Positions 39,189-52,533 of a stretch of DNA of 64,000 nt are shown here, piece by piece. The DNA comes from an uncultured Eubacteriales bacterium (GTDB lineage: Bacteria > Bacillota > Clostridia > Oscillospirales > Oscillospiraceae). Where the stretch lies: positions 49,219-113,218 of the forward strand of contig UQYT01000001.1 in NCBI GenBank assembly GCA_900545405.1. Direction: 5' to 3'. The first letter of the stretch is position 1. Each line of letters opens with the position of its first letter. The translations under genes were made by a program, and so were the position numbers. The notes beneath the pieces are model-generated. The model ran no database searches. It saw nothing but the letters and a program-made list of their open reading frames with translations, and was not told the DNA's origin.

Positions 39189-40877
39189 TTAGGTTTTATC
39201 AGCAGCTCGCAAAATGACCACCTGATATGGAGCAAGAATCAGACGCTCGCTGCTGTGCCAATCGGAATCCGGCACATTAGTCAAAATGAGTTCTGCTTTG
39301 CTTAGGTCCATGGGGAGCGATCTATTTGCTTTAACTTCACTGAAATTTGCCGCTATAAACCATGTTTCCCCTTCAAAATGCTTATAATATGCGAATATCT
39401 CCTTGTCTTCCGGCCAGATCAGCTCGACCTCTCCGTAAGGCATTATTGGATTGTCCTTGCGCAAGGCTATAAGCTTTTTATAGAAGTAGAAAACTGAGTC
39501 AGGGTCAGCGAGAGCCTTTTCCACGTTTATCTCTGGATAATCAGGGTTAAGCATTATCCATGGTGTTCCGCTGGTAAAGCCTCCATTTTTGCTGCCGTTC
39601 CAAGGCATAGGTGTTCTTGCGTTATCGCGGGCTTTGCGATGTATAGCGTCCCACATAAACTCCTCACCTGCACCAGTCCTGCGGCAGTTTTCTGCAAAAG
39701 TCAGGCTCTCTATGTCCCGGAGCTGACTTACGTCGGTCCAGGGCACGTTGACCATACCTAGTTCCTCGCCTTGGTAGACAAACGGCGTGCCGCGCAGAGT
39801 ATGCAAAACTGCTGCCAGCATTTTGGCGCATCTCATTCGATACTTGCCCGTTGTTCCAAAGCGAGACAGCGCTCTCGGCTGATCCTGATTCGACCAGAAC
39901 AGACCCAGCCAGCCGTCTTTGAGCTCCTTCTGCCACCTTGTGAGCCTTTCTTTGAGTTCAGGCAGCTCCCAAGGTCGGTAATACCATTTGCCAAGGGCCT
40001 GTCCATCCATGTCGATGTGCTCGAATGAAAACACGGCATCCAGCTCTCGCTTAGCTCCGGCTGTATACCTTTTGCCCTGCTCGGTACTGAGTGCGATACA
40101 TTCACCGACAGTGAAAATATCCTTATCCTTGTATACAGTCTCCGCCATCTCCTGAAGATATTCATGGATGGGATCAACGTCGCAGATATGTTCTACAGGA
40201 AAAACGTACCCGTTCATATCCGTCGGTCCAGAGGCATCCGGCAGTCCATCGGTCTTGCAAAGCAAATTAATTACGTCCATTCTGAAACCGTCGGCTCCCT
40301 TGTCCAGCCACCAGGTCATCATGTCGTATACGTCTTTTCGGACATTTGGATTGTGCCAGTTCAGGTCAGGCTGCTTTTTTGAGAAGAGATGAAGATAGTA
40401 CTCCCCTGTATGCTGATCATATTCCCACGCAGACGGAGTAAAGAACGAGGCCCAGTTGTTTGGCTCATGCCCATCTTTGCCCTCTGCCCAGATGTAGTAA
40501 TCTCGCTTGGGGTCATCCTTGCTGCTGCGGGAGCTTATAAACCACGGATGCTCGTCGGAGGTGTGGTTTACAACCAGATCCACAAGGATCTTTATTCCCC
40601 GTGAGTGCAGCTTGTCTCTGAGTTCCTCCCAGTCCTCCATGGTGCCGAAAATGTCCAGTATCTTCTGGTAGTCAGAAATATCGTACCCCATGTCATCGCC
40701 GGGAGACTCAAACACCGGCCCCAGCCATATGCCTCCGATGCCCAGGTCAGCAAGGTAATCGACCCTGTCGATGATGCCGCGCAGGTCACCTATGCCGTCG
40801 CCGTTCGAGTCTTGGAAGCTCCGTGGATATATCTGATAGAATACACACTCTTTCCACCAACGCCTTTCGAGCTCCAT
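39189..40877 (-). CDS. GH13 alpha-glucosidase (oligo-1,6-glucosidase / sucrose-isomaltase-like).
   Basis: Catalytic regions DLVVNHTSDEH, GFRMDVINL, EW and FSNQDQPR. Start set at the second Met, which has a GAGGTG RBS. Confidence 0.85.
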   Translation of the reverse strand: MELERRWWKECVFYQIYPRSFQDSNGDGIGDLRGIIDRVDYLADLGIGGIWLGPVFESPGDDMGYDISDYQKILDIFGTMEDWEELRDKLHSRGIKILVDLVVNHTSDEHPWFISSRSSKDDPKRDYYIWAEGKDGHEPNNWASFFTPSAWEYDQHTGEYYLHLFSKKQPDLNWHNPNVRKDVYDMMTWWLDKGADGFRMDVINLLCKTDGLPDASGPTDMNGYVFPVEHICDVDPIHEYLQEMAETVYKDKDIFTVGECIALSTEQGKRYTAGAKRELDAVFSFEHIDMDGQALGKWYYRPWELPELKERLTRWQKELKDGWLGLFWSNQDQPRALSRFGTTGKYRMRCAKMLAAVLHTLRGTPFVYQGEELGMVNVPWTDVSQLRDIESLTFAENCRRTGAGEEFMWDAIHRKARDNARTPMPWNGSKNGGFTSGTPWIMLNPDYPEINVEKALADPDSVFYFYKKLIALRKDNPIMPYGEVELIWPEDKEIFAYYKHFEGETWFIAANFSEVKANRSLPMDLSKAELILTNVPDSDWHSSERLILAPYQVVILRAADKT

Positions 40878-40887
40878 GCACTGCACC

Positions 40888-41934
40888 TCACTTTAGTATG
40901 ATCTCACGGCCTGCTGAAGCCGAGGCGTACATTGCACCTATGATACGCTGAACCTTGTAGCAATTCTCTGCGGAGGTTATTGGGATCTCGCCTTTTTGCA
41001 CGCAGTCTACAAAGTGCTGTATTTCGTTTCGGAAACCTTCCTTCCACGCGTCGTCTCTAACGAACAGGGGCGTAATATCTGCGCAATAGCCTTCTTCCTG
41101 ACCATAAATCACAAATGGATTGAGACTTGCTCCCTCCTTAGTCCCATATACCTTGAGATTAAAGTCCTCTTCCGGCCCATTTATTGCCCAGCTGACTGTC
41201 ACAGTCATGCTTTTTCCCTCGGCGAAGCGGACAAGCGCCACGGCAGTTTCCTCAACGTCCATGGGCCTGTCGGCAGGAGCCTCTGTGCCCCAGCTGCTCA
41301 GGCCTTTTGCCTTTGCATCTCCGAGACGGCTGTGTGTCACCGCGCTCACGGCGATCGGTTCAGGGCAGCCCATTAGGTACCAGGCGGTATCGATGGCGTG
41401 AACGCCGATATCAATGCCGGCACCGCCGCCTGAGAGAGACTTCTGCACAAACCAGCCGTTCGATGGGATACCGCGCCGTCTTATCCAGCGAACATCGGCG
41501 TGATAAATGTCACCCATCTTTCCCTGAGTCCGGCGCTCATTTATAAACATTGTCTCTGTCCTGAAACGGTTGAGCATACCCAGCATGAACGTCACACCGT
41601 TTTTCTGAGTCTCATCAAGGATCTCTTTTGCTTCAGCTTCGCTTGCTGCCATTGGCTTTTCAAGAAATATATTCTTCCCTGCCCTGGCGGCCTTCACTGC
41701 CATCTGGCAGTGAAGGTCGGTTCGCGTGCAGATTGATACGGCATCTATGTCTCCATGCCGAAGCAGTTCGTCGTAGTCAGAAAACGGCTCAGCGCCGACA
41801 GCATCTGCCAGAGCTTTCGCTTTCTCAGGTTTCCTGTCATATATTGCTGCTATTTTTACTCCGTCACACGCCTGAAAAGCGGGAATGTGAAACGTCTTGG
41901 CAACGAGTCCTGCGCCTATTATTGCAACTTTCAT
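40888..41934 (-). CDS. Gfo/Idh/MocA-family NAD(P)-dependent oxidoreductase (1 of 3).
   Basis: Rossmann motif KVAIIGAGLVAKTFH, EKP motif and the C-terminal GFO alpha/beta domain. Confidence 0.85.
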   Translation of the reverse strand: MKVAIIGAGLVAKTFHIPAFQACDGVKIAAIYDRKPEKAKALADAVGAEPFSDYDELLRHGDIDAVSICTRTDLHCQMAVKAARAGKNIFLEKPMAASEAEAKEILDETQKNGVTFMLGMLNRFRTETMFINERRTQGKMGDIYHADVRWIRRRGIPSNGWFVQKSLSGGGAGIDIGVHAIDTAWYLMGCPEPIAVSAVTHSRLGDAKAKGLSSWGTEAPADRPMDVEETAVALVRFAEGKSMTVTVSWAINGPEEDFNLKVYGTKEGASLNPFVIYGQEEGYCADITPLFVRDDAWKEGFRNEIQHFVDCVQKGEIPITSAENCYKVQRIIGAMYASASAGREIILK

Positions 41935-41947
41935 AGTTTACTCCACA

Positions 41948-42976
41948 TCAAAGGATCTCACTGAGCTGCACAACTCTCTTCTCTTTTGCGGAGAGCAGAA
42001 CTGCGGCCGCAATGGCAAGACTGTTGAGGTTGTCCTCAAGCGTTGGCAGGTCAGTCTGCTCACCGCCCAGGGCAAGATGCAGATCGTGCAGCACACCTTT
42101 ACGGTCTGTGCCCGGAAACTCACCGCATCCCAGCTCTGGTATTTTACCTGGGTCATCCGCTGCGGGGCTTATGTCCAGCCCCTTGCCGGAGAGCCATGTG
42201 ACAAGGCCCTTGCTGCATTGTATCTGCCAGTTACCTTGAAATTCCGTGGGCGCGCCGACAGAACTCATATGGCTGGAAAACTGCACCTTTGCGTCGTTTT
42301 CAAACTCTATCGTTATAAACAGCGACTCAGGCCCGCGTGTCACCGCCCACTCCGGGTTCCAGCCCAGAGCATATACGGATTTGGCATTCGAGCGAGTGAG
42401 AAACCTGAACATGTCAAAGTGGTGTATGCACACCTCATATATCTGCATGCAAACCTGTTTGCCGCGCCAACCCTGTATGTTCCAGATGTGCTCCTTGGGG
42501 TCGGTCGTCATGCCTGCGCGATAGTCAAGCTCGATAAACTCAAGCTCTCCTAACCCGCCGCCCTCTATGCCGCTCCGGACGCGCCATAGTTCCTCGCGGT
42601 AGCGGTAATTGTGACTCACGAATACGCGTTCTTTTCTGCCGCGCATCCACATTGCAAACTCCTTTGCCTCATCCATGTCGTCGCACAAAGGTTTTTCAAT
42701 GAGAACGTTCTTCCCCGCCTCGACGGCCTTTTTGGCAAACTCGATATGCGCATAGTGAGGCATCACGATTATCACAAGGTCGGCATCAAGTTTAAGCGCC
42801 TCGTCATAATCGGTGAAGCATGCCGAATCAGGAAGAGCCCACTTCTCTTTGGCTTTTGCCAAGGTTTCCTCTGTTCTCACGACAAGTGCTGTGAGTTCAA
42901 AGTTAGGGTCATCTCGTAGATACTGTACCCAGCTCTCTCCCCAGTAGCCGTAACCCACCTGTATTACTTTGATCAT
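41948..42976 (-). CDS. Gfo/Idh/MocA-family oxidoreductase (2 of 3).
   Basis: Motifs IKVIQVGYGYWG and NVLIEKPL; C-terminal GFO domain. Confidence 0.85.
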   Translation of the reverse strand: MIKVIQVGYGYWGESWVQYLRDDPNFELTALVVRTEETLAKAKEKWALPDSACFTDYDEALKLDADLVIIVMPHYAHIEFAKKAVEAGKNVLIEKPLCDDMDEAKEFAMWMRGRKERVFVSHNYRYREELWRVRSGIEGGGLGELEFIELDYRAGMTTDPKEHIWNIQGWRGKQVCMQIYEVCIHHFDMFRFLTRSNAKSVYALGWNPEWAVTRGPESLFITIEFENDAKVQFSSHMSSVGAPTEFQGNWQIQCSKGLVTWLSGKGLDISPAADDPGKIPELGCGEFPGTDRKGVLHDLHLALGGEQTDLPTLEDNLNSLAIAAAVLLSAKEKRVVQLSEIL

Positions 42977-43002
42977 TGCGTACTCCTTTCAGTGCGCAGC
43001 CA

Positions 43003-44154
43003 TTACAGCTCTTCCAGCGGTATGGGCTCAAAGCTGGTCTTGAGATCAATGGCTCTGCCGGTCCTTGCAGACTCATAGGCAGCTCCGATGATCTCGATTA
43101 CATGTCTCGCGTGCTCAGCAGTGCCGTAGGCAGGCTTACCGCCCTGTGCCCACTCGGAGAGCTGATTTATGTCCTCGAATATGTGGGACTCGCCAAGCGT
43201 GACCTGATGGTCATTCAGGTGCGGGAGGCCCATATTGGCACGAACAAAATTAAGATCGAGTTTAGTCGGGTCATAGAGCTGTATCTCGCCGTTCTTGCCA
43301 ACGATCTTGCCATCCATAATGCGGCCCTCGGTGCCGAATGTGATCGTTCCAAAGCCGTTATAGTTTCCAAAGTCGCCCTTGAGAGAGGTATATACTACTC
43401 CGTAGAAAGCATCGCCAAAGTCCAGGATCATCTGAGTGGAGTCGTCAACCTCGGACTGGATCACCCCGCCGTCATACTCAAATTCCTTTACCCTCTGGCC
43501 GGAAAAAGCAGTGACTCTCTTTGCAGGCCCGTATATGCCGGTCATGGCATGGAGCGCATAAACAGTGCAGTCCCAGATGGGCCCGCCAGCGGGCAGACGG
43601 AAGTACCAGGTCGGGTCTATTTTCTCCATGCCGTTGCCAAAGTCACGGTTGGGCTGCCAGCAGTGCCAATAGAGAACGCCCTCGGAACCGCCTATTGTCC
43701 AGCTGGGGATTCCTATCTCGCCTGTTAGGATGGCTTTACGCATTCGCCTGAGTGCGGGAGAGGTCATCTGGCCGGGAGAAGATACGAGCTTTACGCCGTA
43801 CTTTTCAGCCTCTTCTATCATTTCCGTTGCCTCTTCGGCAGTAAGGCACATGGTCTTGTTGAAGTGGACATGCTTTCCTGCACGAATTGCCTTCATTCCC
43901 TGCTCAAAATGGACGCCGATGGGAGATGCAAGAGTAACCAGCTCAACATTCGGATCGGCCAGCATCTCGTCGTAGTCCTCATAGTATTTGGGAACATTAA
44001 ACTTTTCTGCAATGTACTTCGCGCGCCCGGGGACGGGGTCCATTACCGCCGCTGTATAGACGAGCTCGCACTCATCGGGAAAAACCGTGTGCTGGCAGAC
44101 GGACTGTATGCCGGTGGAACCACAGCCGGCAACACCGATACCCATTTTTTTCAT
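43003..44154 (-). CDS. Gfo/Idh/MocA-family oxidoreductase (3 of 3). Longer form resembling NAD-dependent glycoside-oxidising enzymes.
   Basis: Motifs MGIGVAGCGSTG and GKHVHFNKTM; 383 aa. Confidence 0.85.
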   Translation of the reverse strand: MKKMGIGVAGCGSTGIQSVCQHTVFPDECELVYTAAVMDPVPGRAKYIAEKFNVPKYYEDYDEMLADPNVELVTLASPIGVHFEQGMKAIRAGKHVHFNKTMCLTAEEATEMIEEAEKYGVKLVSSPGQMTSPALRRMRKAILTGEIGIPSWTIGGSEGVLYWHCWQPNRDFGNGMEKIDPTWYFRLPAGGPIWDCTVYALHAMTGIYGPAKRVTAFSGQRVKEFEYDGGVIQSEVDDSTQMILDFGDAFYGVVYTSLKGDFGNYNGFGTITFGTEGRIMDGKIVGKNGEIQLYDPTKLDLNFVRANMGLPHLNDHQVTLGESHIFEDINQLSEWAQGGKPAYGTAEHARHVIEIIGAAYESARTGRAIDLKTSFEPIPLEEL

Positions 44155-44172
44155 TTATAAAACCCTCCGATC

Positions 44173-45159
44173 TCAGTACTTTTCAACCAGCTTCTGCATA
44201 AAGCTGACAAACTGACGTGTGCATTTTCTGTCGAACTCGTGCATTTCTTCAAGGCAGTTATAGTGCTGCTCAGGGAGTATAAATGCAGGCTCGGCCATGA
44301 GTATCATATTTTCCTTGCGCTTGGCCTTCTCGCATATGGCCTTCATTATCACGTCAAAGTCCATGATGCCTTCGCCAAGGCAGCAGCCCTTGAAAATCAT
44401 GGGCATATCCTGCCACAGATGCTCGAAAACCGGATTGTTTATAACCTTGAAATCCTTGAAGTGCGCAGCAACGGCCCAGGGCGCCAGATAGTCCACATCC
44501 GCCATCGGGTCGCAGCATATTACAGCGCCGTTCCCTATGTCAAACATTCCGCCGATGTTGGGGTGATCTATATCCTCAAGTATCTCGGCGATTTCTTTGC
44601 CCGTGAAATCACAGTGATTTTCATAGGCCATCATGATATCCGTACCTTCAAGCGCCTTGCCGAGCTCCAGCATATTCGCCTTGACAAATGCCTTGACTTC
44701 GTTGAAGCTGACGTCTTTGTTGTATCTGCTGTACTTGACCTCGAGCTTCCCATAGCCTCCTCCAAGCGTGTTGGCCCCGAAAATCTGGCATATTTCAATT
44801 ATTTTATCAAGGTATTTCCTTGCCGCCGCCGGCTCCATGCCCATTTCACCCGTGACAGGATGCTTGAGTCCGGCCAGGCTGAAAGCGGGAATGCAATACA
44901 CCACGAAGTGCACGTCGGCTTCTTTTGCCAGGGCGGCCATCTCCCTGACATAGCCCATATCGGAGAATTCAAGGTAACCAGCGTCGTACTTTTCGCCTTC
45001 CGGTATTTTGGCCACCGGCATCATCGAAAGCGAGTGCGCGTCCATGCGCTTGCACTCCTCGATATACCAGACGAAAGACTCCCTACCGGGTTTAAGGCTT
45101 TCAGGGCACCTGTTTGCAAATTGCTGAAAACCAATTTTAAAATTGAAACTGTTATTCAT
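44173..45159 (-). CDS. Sugar phosphate isomerase/epimerase (xylose-isomerase-like TIM barrel).
   Basis: AP_endonuc_2/XylA-like TIM barrel with a metal-ligand pattern E...D...H...E. 328 aa. Confidence 0.8.
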   Translation of the reverse strand: MNNSFNFKIGFQQFANRCPESLKPGRESFVWYIEECKRMDAHSLSMMPVAKIPEGEKYDAGYLEFSDMGYVREMAALAKEADVHFVVYCIPAFSLAGLKHPVTGEMGMEPAAARKYLDKIIEICQIFGANTLGGGYGKLEVKYSRYNKDVSFNEVKAFVKANMLELGKALEGTDIMMAYENHCDFTGKEIAEILEDIDHPNIGGMFDIGNGAVICCDPMADVDYLAPWAVAAHFKDFKVINNPVFEHLWQDMPMIFKGCCLGEGIMDFDVIMKAICEKAKRKENMILMAEPAFILPEQHYNCLEEMHEFDRKCTRQFVSFMQKLVEKY

Positions 45160-45196
45160 AATAATAGGATCCTCCTTTTTGCTGCTGAAAGGAAGC

Positions 45197-46039
45197 TCAA
45201 CCCTTCACAGCACCTGAAACCGTCATGGCTCTCTCCACCTGCGAACTGAACAGAGTGTAAACTAGCACAGTGGGAATGCTGGCGATGACCATCGTTGCGC
45301 CCATGGCACCCCAGTCAGTCGTATATTCTCCCTGGAAGAAGAGCAGACCCAACGGCAGTGTCTTCAGCTCCTCGCGAGTCAGCAGGATGAGCGCCAGATT
45401 ATACTCGTTCCAAACGCTCATGAATATGAAAATTGAAACTGTCGCTATGGCTGACTTTACATTTGGAACAATTACCCTGAGAAAACAGGTTAATATTGAC
45501 GCACCATCTATGCAGGCTGATTCCTCAAGCTCAAACGGCAGGCTGCGCATATAGCCGTAGAGAACCATTATTGAAAACGAAAGGTTAAATGCAGTGTAAG
45601 GTACTATGACAGCCCAAAGGGTATTGTTTATGTGCAGGTCTCGCACGAGTACGGCTATGGGAATCATGATGCACTGCAGCGGCAGGAACAGGCCAATGAG
45701 CGTGAGCATACGGAGAAAACTCTGGCCCTTGAAGCGCATCCTGGCAGTTGCATAGGCAAACATGGTAGCGAATACAACAACGAAAATTATGACCGCAGCG
45801 GTAACTTTTACGCTGTTGAAGAAGTAAGTCGGCAGGTTGAATGTGTTCCATGCCTTGGCATAGTTTTCTACCCTGAGAACAGTCGGAGGACCAAATGGGT
45901 TAGTTGCAAATATCTCGAGGTTGTCCTTAAAGGAATAGAACAGCATCCATATTAGAGGGTACAGGTTTATGACCGCGTAGATATAGAGGATCACCTTAAA
46001 TAATAAGGTCCCAACTGTCAGTTTCTTGTGATGTCTCAT
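45197..46039 (-). CDS. Carbohydrate ABC transporter permease (MalG-like).
   Basis: EAA motif ESACIDGASILTCFLRVIVP. Six transmembrane segments. Confidence 0.85.
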   Translation of the reverse strand: MRHHKKLTVGTLLFKVILYIYAVINLYPLIWMLFYSFKDNLEIFATNPFGPPTVLRVENYAKAWNTFNLPTYFFNSVKVTAAVIIFVVVFATMFAYATARMRFKGQSFLRMLTLIGLFLPLQCIMIPIAVLVRDLHINNTLWAVIVPYTAFNLSFSIMVLYGYMRSLPFELEESACIDGASILTCFLRVIVPNVKSAIATVSIFIFMSVWNEYNLALILLTREELKTLPLGLLFFQGEYTTDWGAMGATMVIASIPTVLVYTLFSSQVERAMTVSGAVKG

Positions 46040-46055
46040 TCTGCGCAGCCCCTTG

Positions 46056-46937
46056 TCAGTAAACTATGCGCTCTCGCGCTACCAGTCTGTTTATAATGAT
46101 GGACACTATGAGGCACTGGACGACCAGCATAACAGCCGAAGTACAGCCATAGCCATAGTTGCCTATCTTGAAAGCTGAACGGTACATAAGGTAAGTCAGC
46201 GTATAAGTGGCAGTGCCAGGACCGCCGCCGGTCATTATGTTCATGCTGGCAAAAGCGTTAAGACCGCCGGTTATAGCAATTATAAGGCAGTACTTGTATG
46301 TCTCCTGCATGAGCGGCATGGTTATCTTTATGTGTGCCTGCATTTTGGTGCAGCCGTCGATTCGGGCGGCCTCGAAATAGTGGTCGGGAATCGAGTTTGC
46401 AGCAGACAAGAGCAAAATAAACTGATAACCCGTGAACTGCCAGATGTTGACCATGGCTATGGCTATTATTGCAGCATGCTCATCACCAAGCCAGTTTTGC
46501 CTGTACGAGATGCCCAGTACTTCAAACAGCTTGTTTATAAGACCGTTGTCAGCATTATACATAGAGAGCCAGAGCTGCGAAACAACTGTGATGGAGAGGA
46601 CTGCGGGTATGTAATAGGAGATCCTGAAAAACTTCTTTTCTATTTTTCCGGAGTGCTTAACCGCAAAAGCCAGCACAGTTGCAATTGGTATCTGAATGCA
46701 GGCCTGTAATGCCGCAAATATTAGGCCATTTTTTAGGCCGGTGTAGAATATCGGGTCTTTGAAAAGCCTGATATAGTTGCTAATCCCGTTGAATTTAGCC
46801 GGATTTAATCCATCCCATTGAGTAAAGCTGTGTACTACCAGCACAAACATGGGATACAGGACCATAACCGTTATGAGTATCATGGTGGGAGCAATGAGGA
46901 AGATTATGACCCGCTTATTCCCAAGATACTTTTTCAT
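46056..46937 (-). CDS. Carbohydrate ABC transporter permease (MalF-like).
   Basis: EAA motif EAARIDGCTKMQAHIKITMP. Start set at MKKYLG, which has an AAAGGGG RBS. Confidence 0.85.
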   Translation of the reverse strand: MKKYLGNKRVIIFLIAPTMILITVMVLYPMFVLVVHSFTQWDGLNPAKFNGISNYIRLFKDPIFYTGLKNGLIFAALQACIQIPIATVLAFAVKHSGKIEKKFFRISYYIPAVLSITVVSQLWLSMYNADNGLINKLFEVLGISYRQNWLGDEHAAIIAIAMVNIWQFTGYQFILLLSAANSIPDHYFEAARIDGCTKMQAHIKITMPLMQETYKYCLIIAITGGLNAFASMNIMTGGGPGTATYTLTYLMYRSAFKIGNYGYGCTSAVMLVVQCLIVSIIINRLVARERIVY

Positions 46938-47015
46938 GGAATGGACACCCCTTTCCCTATCCATAAGGAGAGGCCATGCGGCCTCTCCTTAAGATTTGGT
47001 CGAAAATCTGCTTTC

Positions 47016-48353
47016 TTACTCACCAAGTACCAGAGCGATGCTCTCGATAAACTCCTCAGGCGTCATAACACCCGCAAGCAGGCTCTGGGTGCCTTCGCCG
47101 AGTACGGTATAGAGCTCCATGTTTCCGCCGCTGCCGGCAAGAACGGTGGTGCTTGTGATCTTGGGCATCCACTCGCCCAGCTTTGCCATCATTGCGGGAG
47201 GCTCAACCTCAACGGGCTTGTCGCACTGAACAGCGACGGTGGCAGCTCCGCGCTGGGTGTAGTTGTACTCTGCATACTTCTCAGCAAGGTAGCACGCAAC
47301 TTCGACGGCGACGTCGTAGTTCTCGCTCCAGGCGGACACACCAAGTCCGGCAGCAGTGCCGGAACCGCCAACGAAGGCGTACTGGGAAGTCTCGACATCC
47401 TCAGCGGTGGCGGCGGGAATGGGGATCCAGTCGGCTTTGTCTCCGAGGTATTCGTCAGTGGTACTGATCTCCCACTGGCCGTTGAGGAACATGGCAGCCT
47501 CACCGTTGTACCAGAGGTTAGTAGCCTGCTCATAGTTCAGAGTGGTAACGCCAGCGGGGAAAGCGCCGGCGGCGGCAAGACGCTCTAGATCCTGTGCAGC
47601 CTTGAGATAGCCTTCGTCACGGATGCTGGTTGTCCCCTGCTGCAGACCGGTCAGGCCCTCAGGGATGTAACGGGTAACGAGCGCATCATAGAAGGTGTTG
47701 CAGATCCACTGCTCCTTACCGAAGATCGGCAGAACAGTAATGCCCTTGGCCGTGAGCTCCTCGGAGGCGGTTACCCACTCATCAATGGTGGTAGGAATGG
47801 CAACACCGTTCTCCTCAAAAATGGCTTTGTTAACAAACAGCAGAGCGACCTCAGTGCTGGTATAGGGCAGAGTGTAGATCTTGCCGTCGGTGTGATAGAG
47901 CTTGGAGTAAGCAGCAGGCTGAACCTTGTCAAAGAAGCCGTTTTCTTCGATGTCAGCCGTAAGATCTTTCACAGCACCGGCCTGGACCATGGAGTTTATG
48001 AGGTCCGTGCCCTGAAGCGAGAAGATATCCGGCAGATCACCGGTGGCGACCATGGACTTCAGCTTCACCCCGTCGTCTGCGGGCATGGCATCCAGCTCAA
48101 GTGTTACCCAAGGCATGTCCTCCTTGAGGCACTCGACCGCATAGTCGTAGGGCAAAATAGTGTCGTCATCAGAATAGCGAACATAGATGCGAAGCGTTAC
48201 GGGCTCGTGCTCGTCACCACCGGTGGCTTCACTGGTCTGCGCGGCTCCGGTGTCCTGTGCCGGGGCGTCGCTGGGCTGCTGATCCGTGCTCCCACACGCC
48301 GCCAGGCTGAATATCATCGCAAGCGCGAGCATAAGTGCCAAAGCTTTTTTCAT
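47016..48353 (-). CDS. ABC transporter substrate-binding lipoprotein (carbohydrate, SBP family 1).
   Basis: Lipobox LALAMIFSLAACGST; 445 aa. Confidence 0.85.
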   Translation of the reverse strand: MKKALALMLALAMIFSLAACGSTDQQPSDAPAQDTGAAQTSEATGGDEHEPVTLRIYVRYSDDDTILPYDYAVECLKEDMPWVTLELDAMPADDGVKLKSMVATGDLPDIFSLQGTDLINSMVQAGAVKDLTADIEENGFFDKVQPAAYSKLYHTDGKIYTLPYTSTEVALLFVNKAIFEENGVAIPTTIDEWVTASEELTAKGITVLPIFGKEQWICNTFYDALVTRYIPEGLTGLQQGTTSIRDEGYLKAAQDLERLAAAGAFPAGVTTLNYEQATNLWYNGEAAMFLNGQWEISTTDEYLGDKADWIPIPAATAEDVETSQYAFVGGSGTAAGLGVSAWSENYDVAVEVACYLAEKYAEYNYTQRGAATVAVQCDKPVEVEPPAMMAKLGEWMPKITSTTVLAGSGGNMELYTVLGEGTQSLLAGVMTPEEFIESIALVLGE

Positions 48354-48602
48354 TCTCCTCTGCTCCTCAATTTATGAATTTCATACGGTTGTATGATACA
48401 ATTAGCATAGAGTAATAAGGCATAGATGTACATGGAATTTGCGAATATGTCTTGGAAAAAACGAACCTAATTTCTCGTATATTGTATAATTTGTGAAAAT
48501 ACTAAAATTTATAGTCTTGCAATTATGCATATAAACAATTTTGAGCAAAAATCTGATTTGCTATATTAAATGTGTATCTACTACATCTTCATTGTATTTA
48601 TG

Positions 48603-48631
48603 TTGACAAGCAATTATCAATACATTATCAT
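48603..48631 (+). promoter_or_regulatory. Strong sigma-A-like promoter candidate: -35 TTGACA, 17-nt spacer, -10 TATCAT. Upstream of the deoC-like/GH2 operon in an AT-rich 350-bp control region.
   Basis: Read from the sequence. The region is much more AT-rich than any coding sequence in the window. Confidence 0.4.
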
Positions 48632-48708
48632 ACAACTAGTGCCAGCCGAGGTGACAACTTTGTCTGACTCAATACAAGAAAGGAGCATGCATCCTTCGCG
48701 GTGTAGCA

Positions 48709-52507
<3,799 letters not shown>

Positions 52508-52533
52508 TACGTCAGACACGGGAGTGTTACAGT

